From: a virus
Taxonomy: Duplodnaviria; Caudoviricetes
DNA length: 57,962 nucleotides
IMG/VR virus record: IMGVR_UViG_3300048834_000191
Location: 1-57,962 of that record
Reading direction: 5' to 3' (one strand)
Numbering within the stretch: the first letter of the stretch is position 1; each line of letters opens with the position of its first letter. The notes under the pieces were generated by a model. It worked only from the letters and a program-made list of their open reading frames with translations, searched no databases and had not been told where the DNA came from. The translations under genes were made by a program, and so were the position numbers. Positions 29,081 to 37,477 of the stretch are shown one piece after another.

Positions 29081-29524
29081 TTAGGCCGGGTTTTTCGCGT
29101 AGCAGACGTATGCAATCCGAACTGGAAGCATCCACCACGCCTTGGTTTCCGCGTCCTGCAGGTAAGGCAGGCGAGACGGAGGGTCTTGAATTTCAATCGT
29201 GAAATTGTTTTTAGTTAAACGAGTGCCGCGTTTGAACTTGGCAATGATCTGTTCTGCAATCGCGACTGCGGCTGGCTCGCCTGCGCCATTCCCGATGAAT
29301 ACGTCTACCTGATAAAGACCCGCATACTTGTTGCTGTCTAATTTTCCGATAGACGCCGCGAATGTGTCTGCCGGCAAATGTGAAACGCGAAGATATTTCG
29401 CTGTTTTCGATGCTGCAGGCGGGGTAAAATCAATATTCGGATACGAGACTGGAATAGACGGAGAGAAAACCAGCGATGCTAACTGCGTATTCAGCGCAGC
29501 TAGAATTGATACCTCTGCCGCCAT
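29081..29524 (-). CDS. Tail terminator (DUF4128-like)
   Basis: YPN..F.PP, YLR, G.YQV.VF..G.G, F.RGT. Confidence 0.8.
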   Translation of the reverse strand: MAAEVSILAALNTQLASLVFSPSIPVSYPNIDFTPPAASKTAKYLRVSHLPADTFAASIGKLDSNKYAGLYQVDVFIGNGAGEPAAVAIAEQIIAKFKRGTRLTKNNFTIEIQDPPSRLPYLQDAETKAWWMLPVRIAYVCYAKNPA

Positions 29525-29593
29525 TAATAATTACATTTACGCCGCGTTACGTGACTTTCGTTATAATTTTGCTTCACAAGCGGAGCATCCCCC

Positions 29594-30133
29594 ATGCAAG
29601 AAACTTGGATTCCAATCATAGATTTTTCAGACATCTACGAGGTTTCAAATCTCGGAAATGTAAGATCAATAAATAGAACTGTTAAAATGAGTAACGGTCG
29701 CGTTCGCGAATTTCCAAGCAAACGACTTGCGTGGCAGACTCAAAAGCAGGGTTATGTTTTTGTTCTTCTTTCCAGACGTTCAAAATGTTCTAAGCGATAC
29801 GTACATCGCCTAGTTGCTGAAGCATTTATTCCAAACCCAAATCACTTACCGCAAGTGAACCATATCGACGGCAACAAGAATAATAACGTCAGGTCTAATC
29901 TAGAGTGGTGTACGGCTAGCCAGAATTGTCAACACGCTCACGACAACAGGATCTATCAAAATGCCGTTGGATCAATGTGCCCGAACGCTAAAATCACCGA
30001 GGCTGATGTAATTGATATTCGACGAAGAGCCTTAGCCGGGGAAGTTCAGCAAAAAATTGCTGACGACTACGGGATTGGAAGAAAGGCCATCACCAAGATA
30101 ATCAACAGACAGAGGTGGAAGCATGTAGCTTAA
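29594..30133 (+). CDS. NUMOD4-HNH homing endonuclease, inverted in the tail operon
   Basis: W..I..YEVSN.G.VRS; VHRLVAEAFIPNP..QVNHIDGNK.NN..NLEW; TATAAT upstream. Confidence 0.92.
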   Translation: MQETWIPIIDFSDIYEVSNLGNVRSINRTVKMSNGRVREFPSKRLAWQTQKQGYVFVLLSRRSKCSKRYVHRLVAEAFIPNPNHLPQVNHIDGNKNNNVRSNLEWCTASQNCQHAHDNRIYQNAVGSMCPNAKITEADVIDIRRRALAGEVQQKIADDYGIGRKAITKIINRQRWKHVA

Positions 30134-30552
30134 CCAAATGTCTTGGTTGACTTAGATGCCCTGCTTAAGAGTGACTGAAACTCTAAAACAGTTATTCCCA
30201 CAAACCCCGCGGGAGCCTGCTTCGACCATCCCGTTTCGAGCCGCCATGCGTAAGGAAGACTATTCGTCATCCAGATCATGTCGCCCATCTTCGCTGTAGC
30301 CGCTATGTTTGAAATCTTGCCGATGGTCTTTGCGCCAGCGGGGTCAACGCCCTCATTCGTCTGCGAGACAGGCGCGCCGATGGACGGATACCAGTTATTG
30401 CGGAATCTTCCGGTATCTACCGGAGAGCGCAGGACTACGCGCGAGAAAAGATCGAGTGTAACCTTGCGGAGTATCTTGTCCCCGTCTTGCTTGGCTTGCT
30501 TTAGCCAGTCTCCGATTTCGAGAATAAACTTATTGGTATTGTCAGCCGCCAA
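30130..30552 (-). CDS. HK97 gp10-like neck / tail completion protein
   Basis: SPVDTGRFR.NW; N.LPYA.RLE.GWS.QAPAG. Confidence 0.85.
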   Translation of the reverse strand: MAADNTNKFILEIGDWLKQAKQDGDKILRKVTLDLFSRVVLRSPVDTGRFRNNWYPSIGAPVSQTNEGVDPAGAKTIGKISNIAATAKMGDMIWMTNSLPYAWRLETGWSKQAPAGFVGITVLEFQSLLSRASKSTKTFG

Positions 30553-30844
30553 TGACGGTCTCGATCATCTGCCGCTTAAATATCTCTGTCTGCAAAAGCA
30601 TCTCGCCAATATCGGAATATGACGTTGCGTAATAGGTCGAACCATCCTCACGCATTCCGATAATCATTACCTGAGCCAGCTTCTCGGGCTTGGCCCCATC
30701 GAGAACAGATTCGACGGGAATTTCTGAAAATGTGGCCCCTGTGAATCCTATAAGGTTGTCTGGATGATTAGCGCGATACTCCGCCTCGGCCTCCGGCCCC
30801 GCCTTGATCGGATGCTTTGGCAGGAGAATTACTTTGTCATCCAT
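30542..30844 (-). CDS. Hypothetical protein
   Basis: Start at MDDKVILL by TAATG overlap. Confidence 0.6.
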   Translation of the reverse strand: MDDKVILLPKHPIKAGPEAEAEYRANHPDNLIGFTGATFSEIPVESVLDGAKPEKLAQVMIIGMREDGSTYYATSYSDIGEMLLQTEIFKRQMIETVIGG

Positions 30845-31206
30845 TAGCTGGTAGCCCTCAATTCCCACGTTGCTTTAGCTGGATCTGTACCGATGGAAAC
30901 AACGGTATAAGTTTTTCCGCGAATGGCGATCTTGTCGTTCTGCTTCGGCTCGGTATTCAATGAGTCAGCCAGCACCAGAATCTTTCGCTCATTCGCCTGA
31001 ACAAGATTTTGCAGTTTGTAGTAATCGGAGAACTCCTCCGTAATCGCCTTGCAGTTAAAAGTCTGCGTTACAGTCTGTGCCGGCTCGCCCGGTGCTGGTG
31101 CGGGGCTATCAATAGCCACCTCGCGAAATATCGTGGCATTCAGAAACAGATTGTTGAATGCCTTGCCGATTGTCTTGGCAAGGGAACCTTCAAGAGGAGA
31201 ACTCAC
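30844..31206 (-). CDS. Head closure / head-tail joining protein
   Basis: Position; EP..ND.I..G..Y.VV...DPA.ATW.L. Confidence 0.75.
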   Translation of the reverse strand: MSSPLEGSLAKTIGKAFNNLFLNATIFREVAIDSPAPAPGEPAQTVTQTFNCKAITEEFSDYYKLQNLVQANERKILVLADSLNTEPKQNDKIAIRGKTYTVVSIGTDPAKATWELRATS

Positions 31207-31433
31207 TTGCCGAGCGGCTTCCCGTTAATGCGCAAGCCATACCGCAGCATGTCGCACGAAATACCCTCAACGATGCCGAGATGAAACCGCTTGGCGTTGT
31301 CAGCAGCCCACATAATGGCGGGGGCGATGGGGCGAAACCACCACGCAAAAGTAATTTTCAGCGGGGAAACTTTAATGCTTTTCATTTTCTTCTTGGTTCG
31401 CTTATGCGTTGCAACCATTTCACCGCGCTTCAT
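31203..31433 (-). CDS. Hypothetical basic protein
   Basis: ORF fills the gap in the head operon. Confidence 0.5.
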   Translation of the reverse strand: MKRGEMVATHKRTKKKMKSIKVSPLKITFAWWFRPIAPAIMWAADNAKRFHLGIVEGISCDMLRYGLRINGKPLGK

Positions 31434-31434
31434 A

Positions 31435-31950
31435 CTAACCCCTCATCACGCGAGCAAAAGCCACACCACTAGTCCGAACATTGCCAAGTAGCCCAGCGAG
31501 AATGCCGTCAATAATACTGAATGTAGTCTGGCTAGGCGCGTTCGTCGCATAATCAATCTCTACCGAGCCAGCGGCCATATGCGTAATAGCACCGCCCCGC
31601 TCTAAGTCTGGCATCAGCGAATTGGGGCTGGCGGCTTCTCTTAGCGCCGCCTCACATGTCGCGTCTTGAATTTCTACCGGGATTTCATCGGGCATGATTT
31701 CAAAGCCCTCCTGATCCCTTACATATGAGCCATCATATAACTCACGCGGCCAAGCTAACGTCTGCGAGCGTCCGCCAGTCTTTTGGCCTGGGAACTTCGC
31801 GCCGTACTGCGCATCAATAAACTGCGAGCCACGCACTAGCGCCGCTTCGATAGCCTCATCGGAATAATCTGTAATATCGTTACCGCGAGCGTTGTGATAC
31901 GCTTTGAACTCGTTCACACTAACATACACATCAATATCAGGCGACGGCAT
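31435..31950 (-). CDS. Head-tail adaptor (DnaT_2-like family)
   Basis: YVS..E..AY..RG; Q.L.WPR; IP.EI..A.CE.AL. Confidence 0.8.
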   Translation of the reverse strand: MPSPDIDVYVSVNEFKAYHNARGNDITDYSDEAIEAALVRGSQFIDAQYGAKFPGQKTGGRSQTLAWPRELYDGSYVRDQEGFEIMPDEIPVEIQDATCEAALREAASPNSLMPDLERGGAITHMAAGSVEIDYATNAPSQTTFSIIDGILAGLLGNVRTSGVAFARVMRG

Positions 31951-32315
31951 TAGGCCGCGTCCTTATTCTTGCGGGGACGGCCACGCTTCTTGGGAGGCGC
32001 AATAATATCCTCGATCTTCTCTATCGAACGATAATCCTTGCCAGCCATGTCCCTATCGGCACGCGCCTGAATCTTGGCTATCTCGGCAGGATCAATTTCA
32101 TCAATCGGCTCTGGTGCACCTACGCCAAACACATGCTCAATGCGCTGCCGGTCGAAATACGAGACACAATCCATAATCTCGGCTTGATCGCCGTCTTTCG
32201 TGCCTTCCCAAACCGTCACATCGCAAACCATCACCTTTTTCTTTTCGCCACGTAATTCCTTGGCTCGTTCTTTCGCCCCGGCTCCATTACGCCCATAGAA
32301 AATGATGGTCTGCAT
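31950..32315 (-). CDS. Hypothetical virion-region protein
   Basis: Follows capsid gene; KKRGRPRK tail. Confidence 0.65.
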   Translation of the reverse strand: MQTIIFYGRNGAGAKERAKELRGEKKKVMVCDVTVWEGTKDGDQAEIMDCVSYFDRQRIEHVFGVGAPEPIDEIDPAEIAKIQARADRDMAGKDYRSIEKIEDIIAPPKKRGRPRKNKDAA

Positions 32316-32335
32316 TTAGCTTCCTAATATGCTGA

Positions 32336-32367
32336 AAGAAAAAGGGGCGAGGAAAATCCCCGCCCCT
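32336..32367 (-). terminator. Intrinsic terminator after major capsid gene
   Basis: AGGGGCGGGGA-TTT-TCCTCGCCCCT-TTTTCTTT. Confidence 0.85.
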
Positions 32368-32375
32368 CAAATTTA

Positions 32376-33347
32376 TTAGCGGGAAACAACCGCTACGCCG
32401 AGCGTATCCTTGATGCTCGTCGCAGTCTTATCCCAGTTGGTACCCGTCTTGAGAACCGCATCGGTCGGCGAGTGGCTGCCCGAACCCGTATCCCAGGTGT
32501 AACCCTTGAGAGCGAGGTTGAACGTCCATTCCGCCTGATAGGTGCGCTCGATGTTCTCCTGGCCGTTGGTCGTTTCGGTGTTCGCGAAAAAGTCGTTGTT
32601 GTCTTCAGCGATAATCGCGTTCTCGACCAGACCAAGCGAGACGTAATCATAAACGTCAGGCGAGACAATGTGCTGTGCAAGGCTCGGAGAGTCGGTGATG
32701 ATGAACACGCGACCAAAGCCATCCTCGCGAATCTGCACCGTGCCGAACTCGAACAAATTGGTCGAGTTGGTCAGTGCCTTATCGCGGATATCGAACAGCG
32801 GCTTGGAGTGCATGACCCACGCCTTGATTGCCTGCTCACGGTCGCCAAACTTGGCAGAACCGTAGTTAAGGCCGTTGAGCGTAAGCGTGCCGTTCGACGG
32901 CACCGTGTAGGTAACGTCAGTACCAACATTGCGCACCGCAGCCGCAGCCGCACCAATCGCGGAGTTAAGCTCGTCCTGCAACATCGCCTTGGCAAGCTGC
33001 TCGCCAATGACAACGCCGGCGACTTCGGGATTCTGCTGAATCCAGGTGAGCTGCTGCGGTTCCCACTTGATCGGGGGAGTGCCACCGGCAACCTTGACGC
33101 TGTTGTTCTGCAACATGGCGAGCGCAACCGCGTTCACCGAGCCGGAGCCGTAAGCATTACGCCGACGCACGAGGCCGGAGATATTGGCAAACGACGCCTT
33201 CATGGCGTAATCGCCAACGTTACGCTTCGAGGTCAGGGTAATGGTACCCCGCGAAGCGGCATTAAATTTCTGAACTTCCTGGTCTACAGTCTCCGTCACG
33301 GTATCGTAAACGAAGTCGTTGAAGACCTTCATATCGGTCAAAGCCAT
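32376..33347 (-). CDS. Major capsid protein
   Basis: FNAAS.G.I.L, KFGD....I..WVMHS, TDSP.L, Q.EW.FNL..KGY.WD; strong codon bias. Confidence 0.9.
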   Translation of the reverse strand: MALTDMKVFNDFVYDTVTETVDQEVQKFNAASRGTITLTSKRNVGDYAMKASFANISGLVRRRNAYGSGSVNAVALAMLQNNSVKVAGGTPPIKWEPQQLTWIQQNPEVAGVVIGEQLAKAMLQDELNSAIGAAAAAVRNVGTDVTYTVPSNGTLTLNGLNYGSAKFGDREQAIKAWVMHSKPLFDIRDKALTNSTNLFEFGTVQIREDGFGRVFIITDSPSLAQHIVSPDVYDYVSLGLVENAIIAEDNNDFFANTETTNGQENIERTYQAEWTFNLALKGYTWDTGSGSHSPTDAVLKTGTNWDKTATSIKDTLGVAVVSR

Positions 33348-33364
33348 TTAAGTATAAATCCTTG

Positions 33365-34129
33365 CTATTTATTTTCGCGTTTATGTTTGAGGTACGCGGC
33401 CTTATCCTCGTCGGTCTTGGCTTCTGACCAAGACTTAGGAACGCCGCTGTTGTTAAGAGGCTTCCCGCCATCATTTTGTGAGCGCGTCCCGCCGCCCGAT
33501 TGGCCAGAGCCTTCAAACGCTCGACCGTAGATATTCACATCCGCTTTCATTTCCTTGATGAGATCGGAAATGGTGAGCGGTTCGCCTTTTGCGTTAATGC
33601 GAGGATCACCCTTGGCATCAACAATCTGGACGGCGTACTCGCCATCCTGCTCGACCACCCGCGTGAGGCGCTGCACATGCGGCAGGAGCAATTCAGGAAC
33701 GCCCTTCTCCGCAGCAATCGCGGATACAGCCTGAGAGTTAATCAGGTGTTTTTCGAGCGTGGTTTTCATGGAAGCAACGGACTGATCGCGCTGCTTCAAT
33801 TCGTTCTGGTGTTTTTCGTTAAGCTGATTTTTCAGCTTGTCCCATTCACCGGCATTCTTGGCCTTGTCTTCTTCGGCCTTCTTGCGGGCCTCAACCAGCT
33901 CGGCAATTTCTTCCGCGCTAAGTCCGAGTCCCTCATACTGCTTGGCGCGCTTGGCTGCATCTGCTGCCGCCTTGCGTTCCTTCTGCAAGGCAGACTTAAG
34001 ACTTGCGGTGTCTTCCGGTTCAGGAAGGCCATCAACGGCCAAACGAAACTTGCCGTCTTTCTCTACATAAAGCGCCTTCTGCGCGTCTTCCAAACCATCA
34101 AGAGTATCAATTTCAAATTTAAGAGACAT
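33365..34129 (-). CDS. Capsid scaffolding protein
   Basis: LY.EKDGKF.L.VDG..LKSAL.KER coiled coil; upstream of capsid. Confidence 0.85.
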   Translation of the reverse strand: MSLKFEIDTLDGLEDAQKALYVEKDGKFRLAVDGLPEPEDTASLKSALQKERKAAADAAKRAKQYEGLGLSAEEIAELVEARKKAEEDKAKNAGEWDKLKNQLNEKHQNELKQRDQSVASMKTTLEKHLINSQAVSAIAAEKGVPELLLPHVQRLTRVVEQDGEYAVQIVDAKGDPRINAKGEPLTISDLIKEMKADVNIYGRAFEGSGQSGGGTRSQNDGGKPLNNSGVPKSWSEAKTDEDKAAYLKHKRENK

Positions 34130-34180
34130 TCCCTGTCCTAGTGATAATCAGCCAGCCCTCTCGGCGGCTTTCTGCCGTGT

Positions 34181-34738
34181 TTATTGCGGCTCACCCGCAA
34201 TCCATATTGGCGACGGCTCGCCAAAAAGCTCTTTCGTCAGCCCCGATACGGAGCGGACGTTATTCCTCAAATACGGTACAGCGTCCTTTAGCCCACGCAG
34301 GAACGCATCGCATTGCGTCCATTCCTTCCCGCGTGTGAAATGCCCCTGCTCTGCCTGCATGGGAATGCCAGCCAGCACGATACGGTCGCAGCCATCTTCC
34401 AGCGCGACTTTTGCGGCATAAATTCCAGAACTGGCGGAAGCATTCATTCCGGGAAAGCGATACGAAACACGCCTGTCCGGCTCATGCTTCGCGTGCCGCC
34501 CCACTTCACCGTCTAATGGTGCTACAGTCTCGAACTCCATCGGATAACCGAGAGCGAGACGCTGTTTTTTATAGTCTTCGATCCACTCGGGGTGGAGCGT
34601 CACAAAGGTATCGAATTTATCCGGCCAATGAACTGCGGCTAGTTTTACGCAATAGATCTTGTCGAATTGGCCTAGGGATTTAGCAATCTCAACGTCGCGC
34701 CAGACACATTCGGCGCAACCGACAACTAGAGCCTTCAA
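34181..34738 (-). CDS. Glycosyltransferase-like protein (Maf/MptE/sialyltransferase-type Rossmann)
   Basis: ALVVG.A; SSG..A..VA...G.DRIVLAG.PM....HF. Confidence 0.55.
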   Translation of the reverse strand: MKALVVGCAECVWRDVEIAKSLGQFDKIYCVKLAAVHWPDKFDTFVTLHPEWIEDYKKQRLALGYPMEFETVAPLDGEVGRHAKHEPDRRVSYRFPGMNASASSGIYAAKVALEDGCDRIVLAGIPMQAEQGHFTRGKEWTQCDAFLRGLKDAVPYLRNNVRSVSGLTKELFGEPSPIWIAGEPQ

Positions 34739-35103
34739 AGTTTCGCTGATTTAATCCAGTCAATCAGCCAAGGATTGTCGCGGTAAACAGCAGCCCATGC
34801 GCTAGAGGATGTGCCGACAATGCGCTCCTCCTTATCTTCATCTTCGATGCCGTATGCCCAAAAGATTGCATGGCTAATTTCGTGCAATACAGTATCGACT
34901 GCCTTAAACCGCGTTACATGGTCGATCTGAATTGAAATGCGCTGCTCGATCGTGGAGCATTCGCCGTAACTTGATCGTTCGGCGCTACGAGACGGCGACC
35001 ATTTCTCAATAGCAAAATCGAATGGGCCAACTCGCACCTTAGCCGGAAGACGCTTAACAAGCTCGCTCGCAAACTTCTGTTCTGCTACTGGATCAAGCGC
35101 CAT
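34735..35103 (-). CDS. HExxH metallopeptidase-like protein
   Basis: YG.C....I.I; TVLHEISHA; EE..V. Confidence 0.7.
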   Translation of the reverse strand: MALDPVAEQKFASELVKRLPAKVRVGPFDFAIEKWSPSRSAERSSYGECSTIEQRISIQIDHVTRFKAVDTVLHEISHAIFWAYGIEDEDKEERIVGTSSSAWAAVYRDNPWLIDWIKSAKL

Positions 35104-35882
35104 AAGGTATCTTCAATCATCTCTTGTTCGGTGAACTGCGAATAGGCCAGCGACCAGCACCATTGTTCACGGTCTGGATAAATCGGCGTCTCAATTTGTT
35201 TTAAGTCTGTCTGCCCAACTAGCGCGGCAGCGGAATCAGCGTGAACAAATACAGGTGTGCCAAGAATAACCGCCTCAACCGCAGCAATAGAGCCATGCGC
35301 GATAAGGCAATGCGCGTTTCGCAAGTCATCCTGTAATGGCCGTTTTGTTTCCTTGTCACGAATGACAATCTGTCTGTCTGTGACTTTGGCTAATTCAAAT
35401 AGCGTGTTCTCTATCCAGCCTTCGCAGGCATGAGACGCCATATAAGTCTTTGTCGGTGGCGCTAGAACGATGTGCGATCCGTTACGATTCCACGGCTCTA
35501 AGGGCAGCTTCAGGCTATTCCATCTATCGCCAGGAACGTCTCGTATCGACCGCATTTGATATGCGTTGAGCGTCCAGCGGTAATACCCGCCAGCAAACCC
35601 TCTGGGCAACCAAGTAGCGTGGGTTCTGCGGAAATACCCGCGATCCCATCCTATCCATTGCTTACCGCTCTTGCGCCATTCCCGAACTATCGGAGCGAGC
35701 CTCGGTGAAGCACCCACAATCGGAATGGTGTGTGCCGGCAAGTAACGTAATGCAGTTTCGTTATCCCGAACGACTCTGCCGCCGCGCCGCTCGATGTACC
35801 CGGCTATTCTATTGAATAGGGCTAGCTTAAAATCCTTGAGGCCCTTCGGAATAAATAATGCGACGTTCTTTGGGTCAATCAA
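35085..35882 (-). CDS. GT-B glycosyltransferase-like protein (KpsS/capsule synthesis type)
   Basis: DRGYF; I.IR.K; S.AAVEA.ILG.PVF; LAY.QF...E. Confidence 0.65.
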   Translation of the reverse strand: MIDPKNVALFIPKGLKDFKLALFNRIAGYIERRGGRVVRDNETALRYLPAHTIPIVGASPRLAPIVREWRKSGKQWIGWDRGYFRRTHATWLPRGFAGGYYRWTLNAYQMRSIRDVPGDRWNSLKLPLEPWNRNGSHIVLAPPTKTYMASHACEGWIENTLFELAKVTDRQIVIRDKETKRPLQDDLRNAHCLIAHGSIAAVEAVILGTPVFVHADSAAALVGQTDLKQIETPIYPDREQWCWSLAYSQFTEQEMIEDTLWRLIQ

Positions 35883-35890
35883 CTCACTAA

Positions 35891-36076
35891 TTAATCGGCA
35901 TAAAGATAGCGGCCAATAAAGCGGCCAGAGTATTTGTCGCCATACTTAGTCAGGTAATTTGCGTGCATCCGCAACCAAGCGGCGATTTCCTTTCGGCCCT
36001 TCGGCGTCATTTCATCAGCGCTCTTGATGGTAACAATCGCAGCGCTTTGCACTTTAGTTTTCTTCGCCATCACCAA
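35891..36076 (-). CDS. Small basic hypothetical protein
   Basis: ORF fills the gap. Confidence 0.5.
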   Translation of the reverse strand: MVMAKKTKVQSAAIVTIKSADEMTPKGRKEIAAWLRMHANYLTKYGDKYSGRFIGRYLYAD

Positions 36077-36704
36077 TCCAGTTCTCTTTAACCCAATCTA
36101 AATCTTGAATCTGATCCGGCCTTCGCTTGCCGGCGAATGTCACCAGCTTTGCGCGTTCCGGTAAAATATCGTCTTTCGGCCAGCCGGGTTTTTTGTAAAC
36201 GAAAACCTCATCGCCGCATTGCCAACCCGCAGCATCGGGAAGCGTAGAAGCTAGCCAGCCCTGATCGTCTGGAAACTCATGGAATTGAGTCTTGGCGGCT
36301 TCGTTGAGATTAAATCCCGTCCAAACTTCTTCATTCGTATATGCGCGCTGCATCCAGAGAGCGCCGTCATATGGGCATGGCTGGTAACTGCCGCCCTGCA
36401 TAATCACAAAGTCTTCGCCTCGATCAAACAGCGTATCGAGGTTGCCGGTAATGATCGTGTCAACGTCCACCTGGACGATACGGTCACCGGGCTTGAACCC
36501 CATGCGTTCCTGCCACGCATAATCGAACATGCGCAGACGGCAAAAACAGCCGGGGATTTCCGTGTACGGTAAATCTTCGATCTCAGGCGCTACGAAATGC
36601 TGTTCGTAGTCCTGATTGATATTTCGTTTTAGTGCAGCAGATAATCTGGACTGGTATTCAGGCGGGTATTTGTTGCCCCACAGCCACGTTACGATGTGAA
36701 GCAA
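36054..36704 (-). CDS. GT-A glycosyltransferase-like protein
   Basis: WG.KY..EY..L; VDVDTIITGNLD (DxD); DDQGW; F.G..RP. Confidence 0.7.
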   Translation of the reverse strand: MLHIVTWLWGNKYPPEYQSRLSAALKRNINQDYEQHFVAPEIEDLPYTEIPGCFCRLRMFDYAWQERMGFKPGDRIVQVDVDTIITGNLDTLFDRGEDFVIMQGGSYQPCPYDGALWMQRAYTNEEVWTGFNLNEAAKTQFHEFPDDQGWLASTLPDAAGWQCGDEVFVYKKPGWPKDDILPERAKLVTFAGKRRPDQIQDLDWVKENWIGDGEEN

Positions 36705-37476
36705 TTAATTTACGTGCCTCGCCCAATACTCTTTCGACTGTGATTGCTCGCATGGCTTGCTTACAGTGTTCGCAGTCAATGATCTTTCCGCACGCCACGC
36801 CGCCCTCGCCCGTAAATATGTTGGCGTGGAAATCATACCCAGTAGTAGCAGGGCTGATAAAACCTCCGAACAATACAACAGCGCCAATACCAACAGCAGC
36901 AGCGCCGTGGTGCATACCGCCTTCACAGCCCATAAACATTTTCGCATGTTGCAGGACTGCAAGTGCTTTCCTGAATGTCGGAGTCTTGATTTCACGCACG
37001 CCTGATAGAACACGGCCGCCGCTATGCCTGAACTGGACAACTTCATGCCCCTCTTTGCGTAGTTGATCGGCTACCGCCTGCCATCGCTCGAACGGCCAGC
37101 GTTTGTTGTTCGCTACTGATTTTTGTTCTGGTACATTCGGCTCAATGACGATGAAGCCAGAGCCAAACTGTTTGCCGAAATCTAATTCGTCTTGATCGAA
37201 AAATATCTCACCGGGTATCGGCTTGAAGTCTCGCCATACCCAATGATCGCCACCGGGATAGAAATTATAGAGGCGGTCACCGGCATAGTGGGCAACCCAC
37301 TCAATGTCAGGTTCACGCTCTGAACCGGGTGGCGCTACGTTCGGATTGTTGCGAAAGATTTCGTATTCGTACGTCTTCCAGCGGATTTTCAGCTTATCGC
37401 CGAAAGCTATTCGCTTTCCTCTTGCCTTCGCGCCACGAGCTAGGCCGGTCGCGATCAGCGCATCGCCAAGGCCGAT
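36658..37476 (-). CDS. GT9 (heptosyltransferase-like) glycosyltransferase; ATC start
   Basis: Hand translation: IGLGDALIATG..NNP..NKRWPFERW..VAD.L..EGGMHHGAAAVG..AVVLFG; frame open 272 codons. Confidence 0.8.
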   Translation of the reverse strand: MGLGDALIATGLARGAKARGKRIAFGDKLKIRWKTYEYEIFRNNPNVAPPGSEREPDIEWVAHYAGDRLYNFYPGGDHWVWRDFKPIPGEIFFDQDELDFGKQFGSGFIVIEPNVPEQKSVANNKRWPFERWQAVADQLRKEGHEVVQFRHSGGRVLSGVREIKTPTFRKALAVLQHAKMFMGCEGGMHHGAAAVGIGAVVLFGGFISPATTGYDFHANIFTGEGGVACGKIIDCEHCKQAMRAITVERVLGEARKLIASHRNVAVGQQIPA

Positions 37477-37477
37477 A

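Noticed and set aside
32472-33530. 352-aa antisense ORF over the capsid gene
   Set aside because: No recognisable motifs; typical shadow of a codon-biased gene, unlike the motif-bearing ORF in the intein
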